This document shows positions 1-13,400 of a DNA stretch of 64,000 bases, piece by piece. This DNA comes from Euglena gracilis (lineage: Eukaryota). The position numbers and the translations under genes were made by a program. The stretch lies in assembly GCA_039621445.1 (NCBI GenBank), contig CP154954.1, positions 44,557,847-44,621,846 on the forward strand. Reading direction: 5' to 3'. Numbering within the stretch: the stretch's first letter is position 1; the number at the start of each line of letters is the position of its first letter. The notes below the pieces were generated by a model that saw only the letters and a program-made list of their open reading frames with translations, searched no databases and was not told where the DNA came from.

Positions 1-1689
1 TAATTGATGGAGGAGATGGCAAAACCATGGAAGAACCCGAAGGGCAAGCAAAGATGAGGGGATGCTTTCGCACTTTGGTCAGACAGGCAACCATCAAAAA
101 CCGTTACTTCTCAACCAACCCATCAATTATTTCAACGTGAATTGTTTCAACGCCAGTGGTCCTGGGTTGGGAGCGGTGGTGGGGCGAACCGAGTCCACGG
201 ATCAGTGGCACAGCCTACTAGATTTGACGTGTTCGGGGGCGTAAGGCTGTACAGAGAAGCTTTGTGAGGCACAGAGGATGGGAGGGTAGGTAGGAGGGTA
301 AGAAGGGTGAGCTTAGCGAGAACTGGAGTTGCTGCTTGAAGTTGCTGCTTGAGTTGCTGCGCGCTGTTTCAACGTGAAAAAGCGCGTGCTGTCTCGCACT
401 TGGAATTGGAATCTTGGGAAATCTTTGAAGTGGTCACTCCAAAAAATCCCTTGTTGAACAGCTTCACGAATCAAGTTGATTTTGAGTGGACAAAGAAAAA
501 GGTCTTGTTGCAAGTAACACGACCAGGGTGTTTTACAAACGAAGGATTTTTTGGGTGCGATATGGTTGATAAGGTTGGGCGACCATGGCGCCAACTCCCC
601 TCAGAATGTTGAAGTTTACAGTCACTTGTGATGATGATTTTTTATCCCATTCAATTCTTTGAATTCTTTTTTTAGATTACGAATTTTTTCAGAGTCATCT
701 TACAAGTCATCCGATTGGGGAAGGATAAGAAAAAGTCATTTAATGGAGTTGGATTCTTTTCTCGAGAAACACATTTCCAAAAAAAAATACTAATAAATTG
801 AAGTAATGACAGTATGTTTTGAAAGTGAAGTGATTTTTTTAAGGACATTCGTGTCAGAGGCAGGGATGTCCCGAGATCTCAAAGAATTCGGAGAATGTGT
901 GGGAACCATTTTCAAAAATCCCCTTTTTGGTTTTTTTCATAAAAAAAAACGCTAGCATTGCTCAAAACCCTTTGGCACGGCAACCCCCCCCCAATGCCGT
1001 CATAAGCCGATTTCGGAATTTTTCGTCGGCCCCGCTGGCCGAAACCACCCGGCTCTATACGGAAAATTGGCCATGCCGACGATTTTCCACCAAAGGTGTC
1101 ACAAGGGGGGGTCGGGGGGGGGCGGCCGCCCCCCCCCGGGATTTTGGAAAGAAAAAAATTTTTTTGTAACATGAATGTGATATTTTTCTTTGTAATGCCA
1201 TGTTCAATGGTTCAAAGGGCGTTACCGTCTCGGCTGCCTTCGGCAGCCACCTTGCCAGTTAAAAGCACATTTTTGGAGAATGAAATTGCAAAATCCATTA
1301 CCGTCTCGGCCGCCTTTGGCGGCCGAAATAAAAATACTTGAAAAAACCCCACGGCACTTCTTGATGTTTAAACCGGCGTTTGAGACGCCGGGTTCAGGAC
1401 ATAACCGGCGTCCCCCCCCACGGGTTTTCCGGACGCCGGTTCTGTCCTAAAACCCAGCGCCAGGGGGGGTCGGCACACCCCTCCCCCCCCCCCCCTCCAC
1501 CGACCCCCTCCGCCACGGCCATTTTAACCCCCCTAAATTTCAACCCCCCCAATTAAAACCCCCCACCTCACCGCCCCCCCCCCCCCCCTGGCACCCCCGC
1601 TACCCCCGGATCACACCCCAAAGCCCCCCCCTCCCACCCCCCCCCCACCCCCCCCCCCCCCCCCCCCCCCGCGCCATCCTCCCCCCCTC

Positions 1690-1780
1690 CCCCCCCCTTT
1701 TCAGACCCCCTCGCCACGCCATGTCAGCCGCGCCAAAGAAAATTTTCTTGGAAAACCCCCGCGCACCCCTCCCCCCCCCC
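1690..1780 (+). repeat. Dispersed repeat, second copy at ~8445-8533
   Basis: CGCCACGCCATGTCAGCCGCGCCAAAGAAAATTTTCTTGGAAAACCCCCGCGCACC identical in both. Confidence 0.8.
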
Positions 1781-2013
1781 CATCCGGCACCCCCTCGCCA
1801 CGCCAAAACCCCCCCCTCCCCCCCCCCTAGCCGGACGGCTCGCCACGGCGTGCCGACCCCCCCAGGAACGCCGGTTCTGTCCAAAACCCAGCGTCCGGTT
1901 TGGATCTTGGCCACAAACCGACTTTTTTTCCCCTCCTTTGGTGCTAATTGTTTTTTGGGACCCCACAAACCACTTTCACCTTGGCTGTTTGAATACAAAC
2001 TGATATCCCCATA

Positions 2014-2439
2014 CATAGCTGGCACTTCGTTTAAAACGAAGTCAAAAAAAACACGTTTTTTTTAAAAAAAACATGTTTTTTTTTAAAAAAAACAAAAAAA
2101 ACGCCATTGAGGGTCCAGGGCAAAAAAAATTTTTGCCTTTAATTTTAGCTTTTTTGCCCATCCTCGGTCAGAGAAAGACACCAAATTTGGGATGTTTCAA
2201 GTTGAAACATCCCAAAATGGCCGAAAAATGCCCTATTTTGACCATTCTTGTTGAAGACAACCAAAATTATTGGTTTTCAAGTCATTTGAGCTAAGATTGG
2301 TTAACCCTTGCGATCAAAGGCAAAATTTGGACCATCATTTTCCCCTTTGTTTTTTTTGCCGTTTTTTTTGCCCGTTTTTTTTAATAAAAAACAAAAAAAA
2401 ACGTTTTTTTTAAAAAAAACAAAAAAAACGCCAGCTATG
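2014..2439. mobile_element. MITE family B, 8-bp TSD (hAT-like)
   Basis: TIR CATAGCTGGC/GCCAGCTATG; TSD TCCCCATA on both sides. Confidence 0.92.
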
Positions 2440-3013
2440 TCCCCATATGTCCCCCGAGTTTGGGGGAAACTCTTCGTTCGGCTTCTTCACCCCCCCCCCC
2501 AGGTTGCGAAGTCGACAGTTGGGTTGAGTTGGGAGGTTTCCAAAGGGGTTCTACCCATGATTTCGCTTTCTAGCTCAAGTTTTTGGAGCATTGGACTTCA
2601 AAAAAGGCGTTAGCGTCTCGGCCCCTTTGGGGCCAGGGGGACAAAAAAAAGTACATTTTGGTTGTGCCATGAAAAAAATTTTCCTCGGCGCTTCGCGCCG
2701 GGGAAAAAAAGGATTTGTCCAAATTTTGTCGGTTCCTCGCCCCCCCCCCGGGAAAAAATTGTTCCGACACCGCTGTTTGGTGGCCAACCCAACCATGGTT
2801 GGGCTAACCATTGTCCATGGCTTCCTTTGGGAGTGTTGGCAGGGGGGGTCCTGAGGTCAGATTTTTTTTGCATTTTTTGGCACTTTTCGCTGTACCTTCT
2901 CAACACAGGGGGGGAGAAGCAGGAGGGGAAAAACAATGGTTACATTAGGCATTTGTCAAGGATCTCCCCCCCCCGAGAAAAAAAGGTACTTCAACAAAAA
3001 CTGCCACAAAACC

Positions 3014-3050
3014 AAAAAAAAAAAAAAAAAAAAAAACAAAAAAAAAAAAA

Positions 3051-3088
<38 letters not shown>
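3014..3088. repeat. Poly(A) tract
   Basis: ~75 nt, two interruptions. Confidence 0.9.
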
Positions 3089-3092
<4 letters not shown>

Positions 3093-4132
3093 TAATGACA
3101 TTTAAAAATCAAGTCCAGAACTCATGGGTCGGAGGGGGCGGAAATCTTTCTTTTTTCAATTTCGGTTGTTGTTCGTGAACTTTTCCATTGCCTTTTCGCC
3201 GCCCTTCAGGTGGTAACAAGAAACACATGTATGTTGACTTGGCTTTTTTTTCAAAATTGAAAGCAAGGCTTTTTTTTGACAAGTTTTGCTCTTTTTGGGG
3301 AACCTTTTTGGGAAAATGCATACCGTTCAGCCGCCCTTTGGGCGGCAACTCTTTTTTTTTTGTTCATCACCTTCCCTTGCGTTGGGCTTGAAAGCTTCCA
3401 AATTGTGATGGATTTGTGCCAAAAATTGCCACGTTTTTTGTCACATTCAATGCCAAAAAGCGCTACCGTCTCGCCGCCCTTCGGGCGGCAAAAGAAAACA
3501 ACAATGTTGTATTGGGCCTTGTCAAGGATCTCGCCCCCCCCCCCCCGAGAAAAAATTACTTCTACACCCCTGCTCCCCATTATGTACCCCCCCCATTATG
3601 TACCCCCTGGGAGGAGGTAATCACAATGGGGGGCAGTCCCAAGAGGAATGCACCTTGCCTGGCCATCCGCAGGCACGGATTCGGGTGCAGTGATTCCAAT
3701 TTGGTCACGGAAAAAGTGGTGTTCTGCCACGTGACCCCCCCCCCCCGTTACCCGTCCATGAACCATGAACCTCAAAATGACCATTTTGAGAGGAAAACGA
3801 GCAAAATTCCAACCATCAAAACGGTGAAGTTCACCGGTGAACTTTCCCGGTGAACTTCACCACCGAAAGTACCCCTGTTCCCACCCGTAGGGGGTGAGTC
3901 GGGTTGCGGGGGGGGGGGGGAGGGGGGTTGCGGGGAGGGGGGGGGACCAATTTTTCCAGGTCAAAATCAGGCCAAATCACCAAGTCGCAAAATTTGGATG
4001 ATGCCACCAATAATTAGGCATTTCCACACATCAAATTAGGATTTTGGTTCCAAATTGGGCATCGCCAACCCAAAATTTTGACCCATTTGCCCTTATTGGA
4101 GCCAAAGATGTGCACGACAACTATATTTTAAC

Positions 4133-4562
4133 CATAGCTGGCACTTCGTTTAAAACGAAGTCAAAAAAAACACGTTTTTTTAAAAAAAAAAAACATGTTT
4201 TTTTAAAAAAAACAAAAAAAAAACGCCATTGAGGGTCCAGGGCAAAAAAAATTTTTGCCTTTAATTTTAGCTTTTTTTGCCCATCCTCGGTCAGAGAAAG
4301 ACACCAAATTTGGGACGTTTCAAGGTGAAACATCCCAAAATGGCAGAAAAATGCCCTATTTTGACCATTCTTGATGAAGACAACCAAAATTATTGGTTTT
4401 CAAGTCATTTGAGCTAAGATTGGTTAACCCTTGCGATCAAAGGCAAAATTTGGACCATCATTTTCCCCTTTGTTTTTTTTGCCGTTTTTTTTGCCCGTTT
4501 TTTTTAATAAAAAACAAAAAAAAACGTTTTTTTTAAAAAAAACAAAAAAAACGCCAGCTATG
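4133..4562. mobile_element. MITE family B, second near-identical copy
   Basis: Same TIRs; TSD ATTTTAAC on both sides. Confidence 0.92.
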
Positions 4563-5748
4563 ATTTTAACTAAAATTAGGCATCTCCCACCCGAAAGAAA
4601 TTTTCCCAGAACTGGGCTTCCGGTCGGGTTGCGGGGGGGGGGGTGCGGGGGGGACACCCCCGTATGTGTTTCATTTCGGCTTTTCGGCTACTTTGCCATT
4701 TCCTTCGGCCGGCGGGGGGGGGGGGTCTTATATGGGGGATGGTAAGGTTCGGGGTCAAGGTCAGGGTTAAGGTTAGGGTTAGGGTTTAGAGATTTTTTTG
4801 GAGGAAATTTTTGTTGCAAATGCGTTCATTTTCAAGAATTTTATCTGCCGGTGGTGGGGATGAAAAAAACCCTTATTTTGGGACGAAAAATTTTCACTCC
4901 CCATGGACTTGCCAAAAACACCCTATCGGGCTCACATGGCGTTGCCAACCCTGTGATGGCTAGGTTGGAATTGGATATGTTTTTCTTTATACATTCCCCC
5001 AGAGCCATGCATTATGTCCAGGCTCTTATATTTACTTCTCAATGGCTTGCTTTTCTGAGCATATCCCCAACAGCAACAAATGCATTGTCAGATGATGTCA
5101 TATTGCAATTGAGGACCAGGGCCACCGCACGTTGCCCTTTCAAAATCCTCCTTGCCAACTTTGAGTGTTTTTTTTTTGATTTGTTCATTTAAATTTATGA
5201 TTTAATAATAATAATAATAAATGGTTAATTGATTTGATTTGTTTTTGCCATTCTTGGCACTATGGAGCTTTGGCAGGGGGGGGAGGGGGGGTCCCGAGGT
5301 CAGTTTTTTTTGCATTTTTGGCACTTTTTGCTGTACTGTCTCAACACAGGGGGGGAAGGGTCCTGGGGTCCCAACTGTACTGCCAACCCCCCCCTCAAAA
5401 ATTGGCCAAAAATCGGCGCCGAAGGCGCTAAAAAATTTTAGGGCCTTTTTGGGGTCTAAAAAGGCCGTTTTTGGTGTCAAAATTTTCATCTGTCTTGGGG
5501 GGGTCTTGGGGCGGCACCAGGGGGGGGGGGTCCCAAAAACCCCAACTGTACAGGGGGGGGGGAGGGGGGTCCCCAAAAAACCCCAACTGTACTGCCGTCG
5601 CCCCCATGCTCCAGATGTTCCACAACAATGTGTGCAACAATGGGCAGGGGTTTTGTTTTGGAGCAGGATGAGGGGGAAGGCATTTTTGTCCCCCCCCACC
5701 CAGGGCAGCCGCGGAAGGGGGGGTCATGGTTCGATAAACAGAGAGTGT

Positions 5749-6185
5749 ATGGGAGGCTAGGCACAGCGGGGGGGGGGGGGGGCGGGGGGGGGGGAGCGGC
5801 CGCGCGGGCGGCCGCGCGGGGGGGAGGGGAGGGCGGCCGCGCGGGCGGAACGCATCCTAAAATCGGTGATTTTCGGGTCCAAAAAGTGGTCATTTTTTTG
5901 CCATTTTTGGGCCATTTTTGACCAAAAAAGTGCTTCTTTGGCCGCGCGCAGAGCGCGCGTCCCCAAATTTGCCGTTTTATGTCCGAAAATGGTCATTTTT
6001 GGTCATTTTTGGGCCTCAAAAAAATCGCGATTTTTTCACAAAAAAAACTTTTTTCTTGGCTATGCTAGGCACAGTGGGAGGGGGGGTCCAGGGGGGGGGC
6101 GAGCGGCCGCGCGGGCGGCCGCGCAGGGGGCCGCGCAGGGGGGGGGGGTCCCGGACCCCCCCGAGCGGCGCGCCTAGCCTCCATG
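5749..6185. mobile_element. MITE-like element
   Basis: TIR GGAGGCTAGGC/GCCTAGCCTCC; TSD not evident. Confidence 0.55.
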
Positions 6186-7338
6186 GGGTGTGTCTCACCC
6201 TTCTATTTTCTGTTGTTATCGGTTTCCCAAGAAGCAACGGAGGTTAGGCAGGGGTGGGGGGGACTGTGGACCCCCCCGGTGAAGTTCACCGGTGAACAGA
6301 GGGGGGGGGAGGGGGTCCGGGACCCCCGGTGAACTTTCAAACGGTGAACTTCACCATAGGGGGGGGGGAAGGGGGTCAAAATGACCAAAGTCTACTGCCT
6401 GATCTCCAACATGCCTGTGGCTTGTCGTCTTTCAGGTGACATTGCTTTTGATTCAAAGGGCAGCGTTTGCAGAGAGGGTTGGTCCTTCTCAGTGGGGCAG
6501 AACTCGGCCACCAAACGCAATCTCACCAGTATGTGTGGCTTCAAACCTCCGGCAAATTACAACCAGTCTTCTTTGCACACACAACACACAACTTTTTGAC
6601 ATCATGGAATGTCGATTCTCCAGTTTCAATGGGCAGGCATGCCCCCCCCCCCCGGATCTTGTCCCCCCCTGACCACCCCGCCAAGGGTCCGGGCCGGGGG
6701 CTGAAGGAAATTGTTGACCTCCTGACCTTGTCCCCCCCCAATCTTGTCCCACACCCGGGCAACGTTAGCCGGGGGGGATGGTAAACAATGCTCTCCACTT
6801 GCCACCAATGACTTTGCAATGGGACAAATGAGAACACCTTGCAGAGGCAACAATGCTTGTGTTGGTGAGAGTTGGTATAACTGACGAGGATTTCCCATGC
6901 CATGGCGAGGGTCCTGGAGGGGAGGGGGGTCTTTTTCGACCCATACAAATCAGGTCCCAAAAATGCAAAAGAAAAAGTCTCTCCGTGCAACTGTCGTCCA
7001 ACAAACAGCACAAGAAAACCCCCAAAACCTTCAAAAAAAATCTCGAAAACGCTTGCAAATGCATGCACAATGCAAATATTCATTCAAAATAAAAAAATAT
7101 TTTAATCCAAAATGAATGAAAAATGAGGGTTTGCCATGGTTGCGAGGTGAGCAATGGTATGGTTTGGATGGAGATGTGCAGCTTGAAGATGGGAGTGCTG
7201 TATTTCTGGGGGGAGGAAAAACACCAGGCAGGAGCCACAAGATGTGGCCAAAAGGAAAAATTTATTGGAATTTTTTATCTTTAAAAGGAACAAAAAAAAA
7301 TCAAAAGAGGGTTTTTATTCACGAGGAAGCCTGCCGGC

Positions 7339-7431
7339 AAGGGGCCAATGCAGGCAGCCCCCTCCCTGCCATCCATCACGACGCTCCCTGATCAGTTTGA
7401 CTGGCGGGCAGTGGTGCTGGATCAGTCGGGC
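7339..7431 (+). CDS. C1A gene 1 exon: end of pro-region and mature N-terminus (LPDQFDWR)
   Basis: LPxxFDWR papain motif in a frame absent from the ORF track. 3' end fixed by intron pairing with 12266-12276; 5' end tentative (CTG at 7331-33). Confidence 0.8.
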
Positions 7432-10400
7432 ACGCAGCACAGGGCAGACTTCTTCCTCTCTTTTGGATTGTCGAGGACAATAGTCTTCCACCATCAGGTG
7501 TGCCAGAGCCCCTAAACTGTGACGCCTGAACCGGCGTTCTGAGTTGTTGGCCTCACACCCAAACCGGCGTTCTGGACACAGTTTTTGTCTGTGAAAAAGG
7601 GGTTAGGGTTGTCCTGAACCCGGCGTCAGGGTTCGATATAAGGTGGGCGTACATGGTTTAGGTGGGGGTGTCCCCCCACCCCCCCCCCCTCCTGGCCCGC
7701 AGGGGGGGGGGTCCGGACCACCCCCCCCCACCTGCAAGGGGGGTCCGGACCGACCCTCGGGGGCAAAAATTGACCCCCCCAAAAAGGGTCAATTTTTTCC
7801 TCCGGCGCTTCACGCCGAAAATTTTTTGCATTTTTGGCACATTTTTGCCCAAAAAGTGCCCAAAATGGCACTTTTGGTCGTTTTGGGGGGTCAAAAATTT
7901 TCGGCCACCCTGACCGCGCACCTGTTTAGGTGGGGGGGGTGTCCCCCCCCCCCCCCCCCCTCCTGGCCCGCAGGGGGGGTCCGGCCCCCCCCCCCCCACC
8001 TGTCCTCATATCGAACCCTGCCCGGCGTCCGGCAGGGGAATGTATTTTGGCCAGAAAAGCATGCCAATGTGACCCCAGAAACGAAGATTGCCTTGTCTGA
8101 TGAGGGATGAGAGGCACAATTGCTGACTGCAATAAAATCACGGATCAGTGGTGGGACGCGTATTTGAGTTTCTGACACCGCATAGCCACCCCCGCTTGGG
8201 CTCGAAGTTCTTGCCGCTGGGACAGAGCGTCCGCATTTTCCTGCGGAGTATCAAATACTCCACATCCAGCGCAAATTTTGCGAAGGCCGCAAACCAGACA
8301 TCCAAATTTTCGATGACGCAATTTTGTGGTCCAAAATTCTAAAAATTCCGCAAAGGGCCCATACTCCGTACCCTATGGGGGGTCGGCACACCTCTCCCCC
8401 CCCCCCCCTCACCGACCCCCTCGCCACGCCATTTCACCCCCCCTCCCCCCCCCTTTTCAGACCCCCTCGCCACGCCATGTCAGCCGCGCCAAAGAAAATT
8501 TTCTTGGAAAACCCCCGCGCACCCCTCCCCCCGGCGCAAGGCGGTAGACTGGGGGGGGGGGGGGTAGTGGGTAGTCGGCCGACTAGTCGGCCGACTACCC
8601 AATTGGTCCACCGACTAGGCCTAGTCGGTAGCTAGTCGGCGAGACAGGGGGGGGGTAGTGGGTAGTCGGCCAACCAGTCGGCCGACTACCCACTCTAATG
8701 TACTAACGGGTCAAAACCGCCGACTTTTAAGCCCCCCCCATGAACAAAATCCAATGGAAACTACTAGTCGGTGGCTAGTCGGCGGTCATAAAAATGGTCT
8801 GTGGCGGGCCCAAATCACCCGGAAATGGTCCGGATGGGTCCAAATAAGTGTCTTACGCCTAAATAAACACCCCCAGATGAAAATATTTGGTCAGTGGGGG
8901 GTCGGTGGGCCCTTGATGGGGGTCCGGAAGGGTAAAAAACCAATGATGAAACAGGGATTACATTAAAATCCTTTAGAAATGCAATCTGCAATCTGCGTTC
9001 TGCATCACGAGAGGCAGAAAACTCCCCCCTCCACCCCAATCCGAGACTCAAATAACAAAATCCCTTTTGTATTGGCAACATACTCGGGGGCTAAGTCGTT
9101 TTTGTGGCTCACTTTGGTATAGGCGGGGGGGGCTCCGCCCCCCCCCGCACCCCCCCGCCTCAAATAACAAAATCCCTTCTGTGTTGGCAACATATTCGGG
9201 GGCTAAGTCGTTTTTGTGGCTCACTTTGGCATAGGCAGGGGGGGGGGGGCTGAACGCTGGGTTCAGGACAGCACCGGCGTCCCCCCCCTTTTTGATATAG
9301 ACATTTTGGTTTGTCAAATCCCACAGTTCAATTACCATATTTATCATGTCGAAGGAAAGCTCTCCTTTAGGACTTTCGATGCCCACAGAACTCAGACACA
9401 CTGCGCAGGCCAAAAAAAAACTACCCAGATGTGATGACCAGATGTCTATGAATCATTTTTGCAACTTTTTGGAACTTTTCATTTGGTCCCTTTGTGGCCA
9501 GTTTCACACCCGAACCGGTGTTCTGAACGCCGGTTCGGGCGGGAAATCTCCCACCTGATTTGTTTGGTTCGGGCGTGAAGCACCCCTCCCCCTCGGTCGG
9601 AGGACAGAGGTTATTGGTCGTTGGACGTAGGGGGAGGTAAGCACCCCAGTCTTTACCCGTCTTTTCTGGTGCTTTGACGGAGGGTAAAACAGTGAGTTGC
9701 GCTTTTAATGCAATCAATCTGTGAATGTTGTTCCCATTCCCACGATTGCAGCTCTATTTGTTCACCAGCACCCTCTTTTTCAGCTTTTGTGCGCACTCCT
9801 TCCCACCTCCCCCACCTCTGCCAAAGAGGTTCCCAAAGAAGGGGTCGTTGTTGTTTCTCAACCATAAGTGTTGGGCTTTCCTTGGTTCGATATCAGGAGG
9901 GCATGGGGGTTGAAAAAATTTTTTGGCACTTCGCGCCGGTCTCTGGAAAATTTTTTTTCCCACTGGCTAGCCCTGCTAGCAGACCCCCCCCCCCCCGGGG
10001 GTCTGCTAGAAATCCCACTAGCCAAATTTGGACTAGCTGCAGTCCAGCCCCCCCCGGGGGGGGGGGTGGGGTACTGCAATCCCTTAAGCAAAAGCCTGGT
10101 GCAAACCTGAAAAATGACGTGGTTAGGTTCACCTGGTTGCATGCACTGAACTGATGGTTCATAATATGCAACTGAACCTCCCCTCCCCAAAAAATATACC
10201 CCCCCCCCGGTTGGGGACTTCGGCTGCCCAAATAATATACCTCACCCCCCCCCCCGGACCCCAGAGAGGGAAAATCGAGCAATGCAGAAAATACTCAATT
10301 TCTGTGCAAAAACAACACATTTTGGCAAAAATGACTGGGACCAAAAAAATGGCAACGTCAACCTAAAGTAAAGTGTCACGAATGTGCAAAATGCAGAAAT

Positions 10401-13400
10401 TGCATAGGAATGTGCCTTTTGGGCCGGTCTGTTTGAGTTTGAAAAATTAGCACAAGTGATACCCCCCCCAAACAATACTTGCATGTGAAAGGAATTTGTT
10501 ATTCTTGGGTCTCCCCCCCTCGTGCTGAATAAAGCAAAAAAATGACGCCAAAACAGGTTGTGGGGGGGGCATTGTGGGGGAATGGGGGGGGGGGGTCTGT
10601 GGAAGCTCCACTTTCTCTTTTTTTTTGCAAAAAAATCAGCTGAAAAATACACATATTGACAACCCCATTTTCTCAGGAGGGGGGATGCAAGTTGCATAAT
10701 TTCCATTCAAATTTTTTGGTAAACACTTTTTTTGCATCATAACAAAAAAAATTATAAAAGAACATTTTTTCCCTTTTTTGCATATTTTTCTTTTCCGATT
10801 TTTTTTGGCAACTGCACAACAAAGTTGCTCGGGTCCTTGGGGGGGGGGGCGCTGTTTTCAAAATCACACATTCCCCCTGGCCCTGACTTTGGCTGCACAA
10901 GTAATATCCCCCCCAATACATTGCCAATCTGAATTGCTCCAAAGATGCGCAGTCTGCCACTTCGAGTAGCGCTGCAATGGTTCTACACTCCTTAACGAAC
11001 CAAACAAAAAAACATGCACAGGTTCCTCCCCAAATTACGCTCCCCTTGGGACCCCCAAAAATGGCCAAACTGCCCGTTTTTGGCCATTTTTGGGAATTTC
11101 TGGAACAAAGTCAGCCAAAAACCTATTATAAACCTCATTTTTCCAGTCCGGGGGACCCCCGGACCCCCCCCCGGGGGGAGGGGGGTCTAGCTAGTCCACT
11201 TTTTCCAGTGCCTTGCCGATTGGCTTGCCAGAACCCCCCCCCCCCGGGGGTCCTTAAGCAAAAGCCTGGTTTGCACCACACTCGCTTTTGGTGTGGCATT
11301 TTTTGTGGTGTTTTTTTTGACATTTTTGAGAAAATGTGCATGGCATTGTCTTCTGATGCTGTTATGGGTCCTGTTTTTGAGAGAGTAAAAATGCAAAGAT
11401 GATATTCCAAAACATGCACTGTGTTGCATTGCAAATGCTGTTGTGAAGTGAAAAATTTTGTCTTGAGCAGGTGAGAAGTCCTCTCCACTGAAAAAGTGTC
11501 CACCGGTGGGGAGTTTCCAAAGGAATTCACATACAACTTGCATTTTTTTGCATTTTTTTGTTGCATTTTTTCACTTTTTTTTGTTTTCTTGCATTTCATG
11601 TTTTGAGAGACTGTTGCATATTCCCCCCCCCCTGATTTCAAACTCGGCGCACAGCGCCAGAGGAAGTGTTTTCCAGTCGGGGGGAGAGGGTCTAGCTAGT
11701 GGATTTTTTTGAAGTGGCTGATAAAATGGCTAGCCAGTGGACTCCCCCCCAGGTCTTTCAGCAGAAGCTTTCCCCCCCTTGGGAGGGGGGGATAAGCTTG
11801 AAGGCCAGAAAAGGCCCATTTGGGGAAAAATCTGCCGACCACCCAAACCTACAAGGGCGCTGTTGTTTTTAACAGGGTATATGTTTTTTTCCTTTTTTTT
11901 GTAATTTGCAAAATACATGGTTGTTTGGGGCGGTTTTGTACCCCCCCTTGTTGTTGACACTGTGTTGTTGACAGCCCCCCGTGTGAATGGCACTTTTCTG
12001 GAACATAAATTCAAGGAATTTCAGCCAAGACACTTCAAAATTGTGTCGGATCTTCTTCCCAGCCATAGCTTCAAATGTTTTCCCTGGTGAATTTGGTGAT
12101 TTGGTGCAATATAGAGTGGTCCAATGGTGGGCGTGTCAACAACGCCGAGGGGGTGTACTTTTTGCAAGCATTTCCGGTGATTTTTGACGTGTGCTGGCAA
12201 ACATTCTTTCAAAAAATATGCATTCCGGACTATTTTTTCCTGTGCCCCCACTGGTTGATGGCCAAGCCCTATGCTGGCGTCGTCGTCCCCCCCGTCCGGG
12301 ACCAGGGGGAGTGCGGCTCCTGCTGGGCGTTCGCCACGGTGGGGGCACTGGAGTGGGCGCTGCAGATCACGGCGGGGGTGGCCGAGGACCTGTCAGAGCA
12401 GTTCCTCGTGTCATGCGCCCGGAAGTACAAGGGCGGGGGCCGGCGTTGCCAGCGCAAGAACTTCTCGCATTTTGTTCCATGCTGTTGTGTCTGTGTTGAC
12501 TGGACCCTAAGGCAATATCCAGCGGCAATGGGGGCTGGGGGGATTGCGACCACCAAAAAAGGGCATTTAAGAGCTGTTTCTTTGTTTGAGATACAACTGG
12601 AAGGATGGATGGATGAATGTAGTTGCATCCTTGAAGGTCACCCTCAACAAATGGCCGTTTTGCGCTTGGTGTGACGGCAGTTTTCTCCACCCTGAATTCC
12701 CAATTTTCCACATTTTTTTCTTCCCTTCAGATTTTCAACTCTGCGACACAGTTGGGCTTGGTGATGCAATGGGTTCTGGCCATTTGTAGGATGTCAGGTT
12801 TTGCGTTTGATTTGTTGATGAATTTGTATTAAAAACTGAAGAAAAAGTGGAAATAGCAGTTTCTCAGTATTGTGCCATTTGTTGCGCCATCACATATTCA
12901 TGCATGTCTGAGCTTTTGCACATACTTGATACCAATTAATCAGCGGGTGTGGTGTTCCATTTTTCAATGCAAAACGCACCCCATTCTGACACGTACCATT
13001 ACGGCGGGGATTGGGGCTGCGGCGGTGGCTCCTTCGCCCACGACGTCCACATCAACCCCGGCGCCTACTCCGAGACTGATTATCCCTACGTGAGCCACAA
13101 GGGGTGGACTGGGCAGGCAAAACTTTTTTAGCAACTTTCATCCCTGCCTTGAATTGGGCGGCCTGGCCCTGTTGCGTCGTCCGAGGACCTCTGCATTATC
13201 CGGTTTGTCATCAGTTTGCCAAGCTGTTATTTTGAGAATTTCGATATTTTATTGCCGTGGCATTCCTGTCTGTGGGTTTTCCCTCCCCCCTGTCCATGCG
13301 CTCCCTTGGCGCCTTGCGTCGCCCAGCAACCCACCCCGTGGTCCCCAACCGACCCCGCCGGCGAGACACCGCGTGCGACACGGGCCGTGCCACCGTCGTG

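Larger units (their letters stand above)
7432..12281 (+). other. Nonconventional stem-forming intron, 4850 nt
   Basis: C|acgCAGCACAGGGC...GCCCTATGCTGgcgtc|G; 10/11 pairing, +4 opposite -6, in-frame join GGC|GTC. Confidence 0.85.

Noticed and set aside
313-612. Overlapping short ORFs at the window start
   Set aside because: No recognisable motif or splice support
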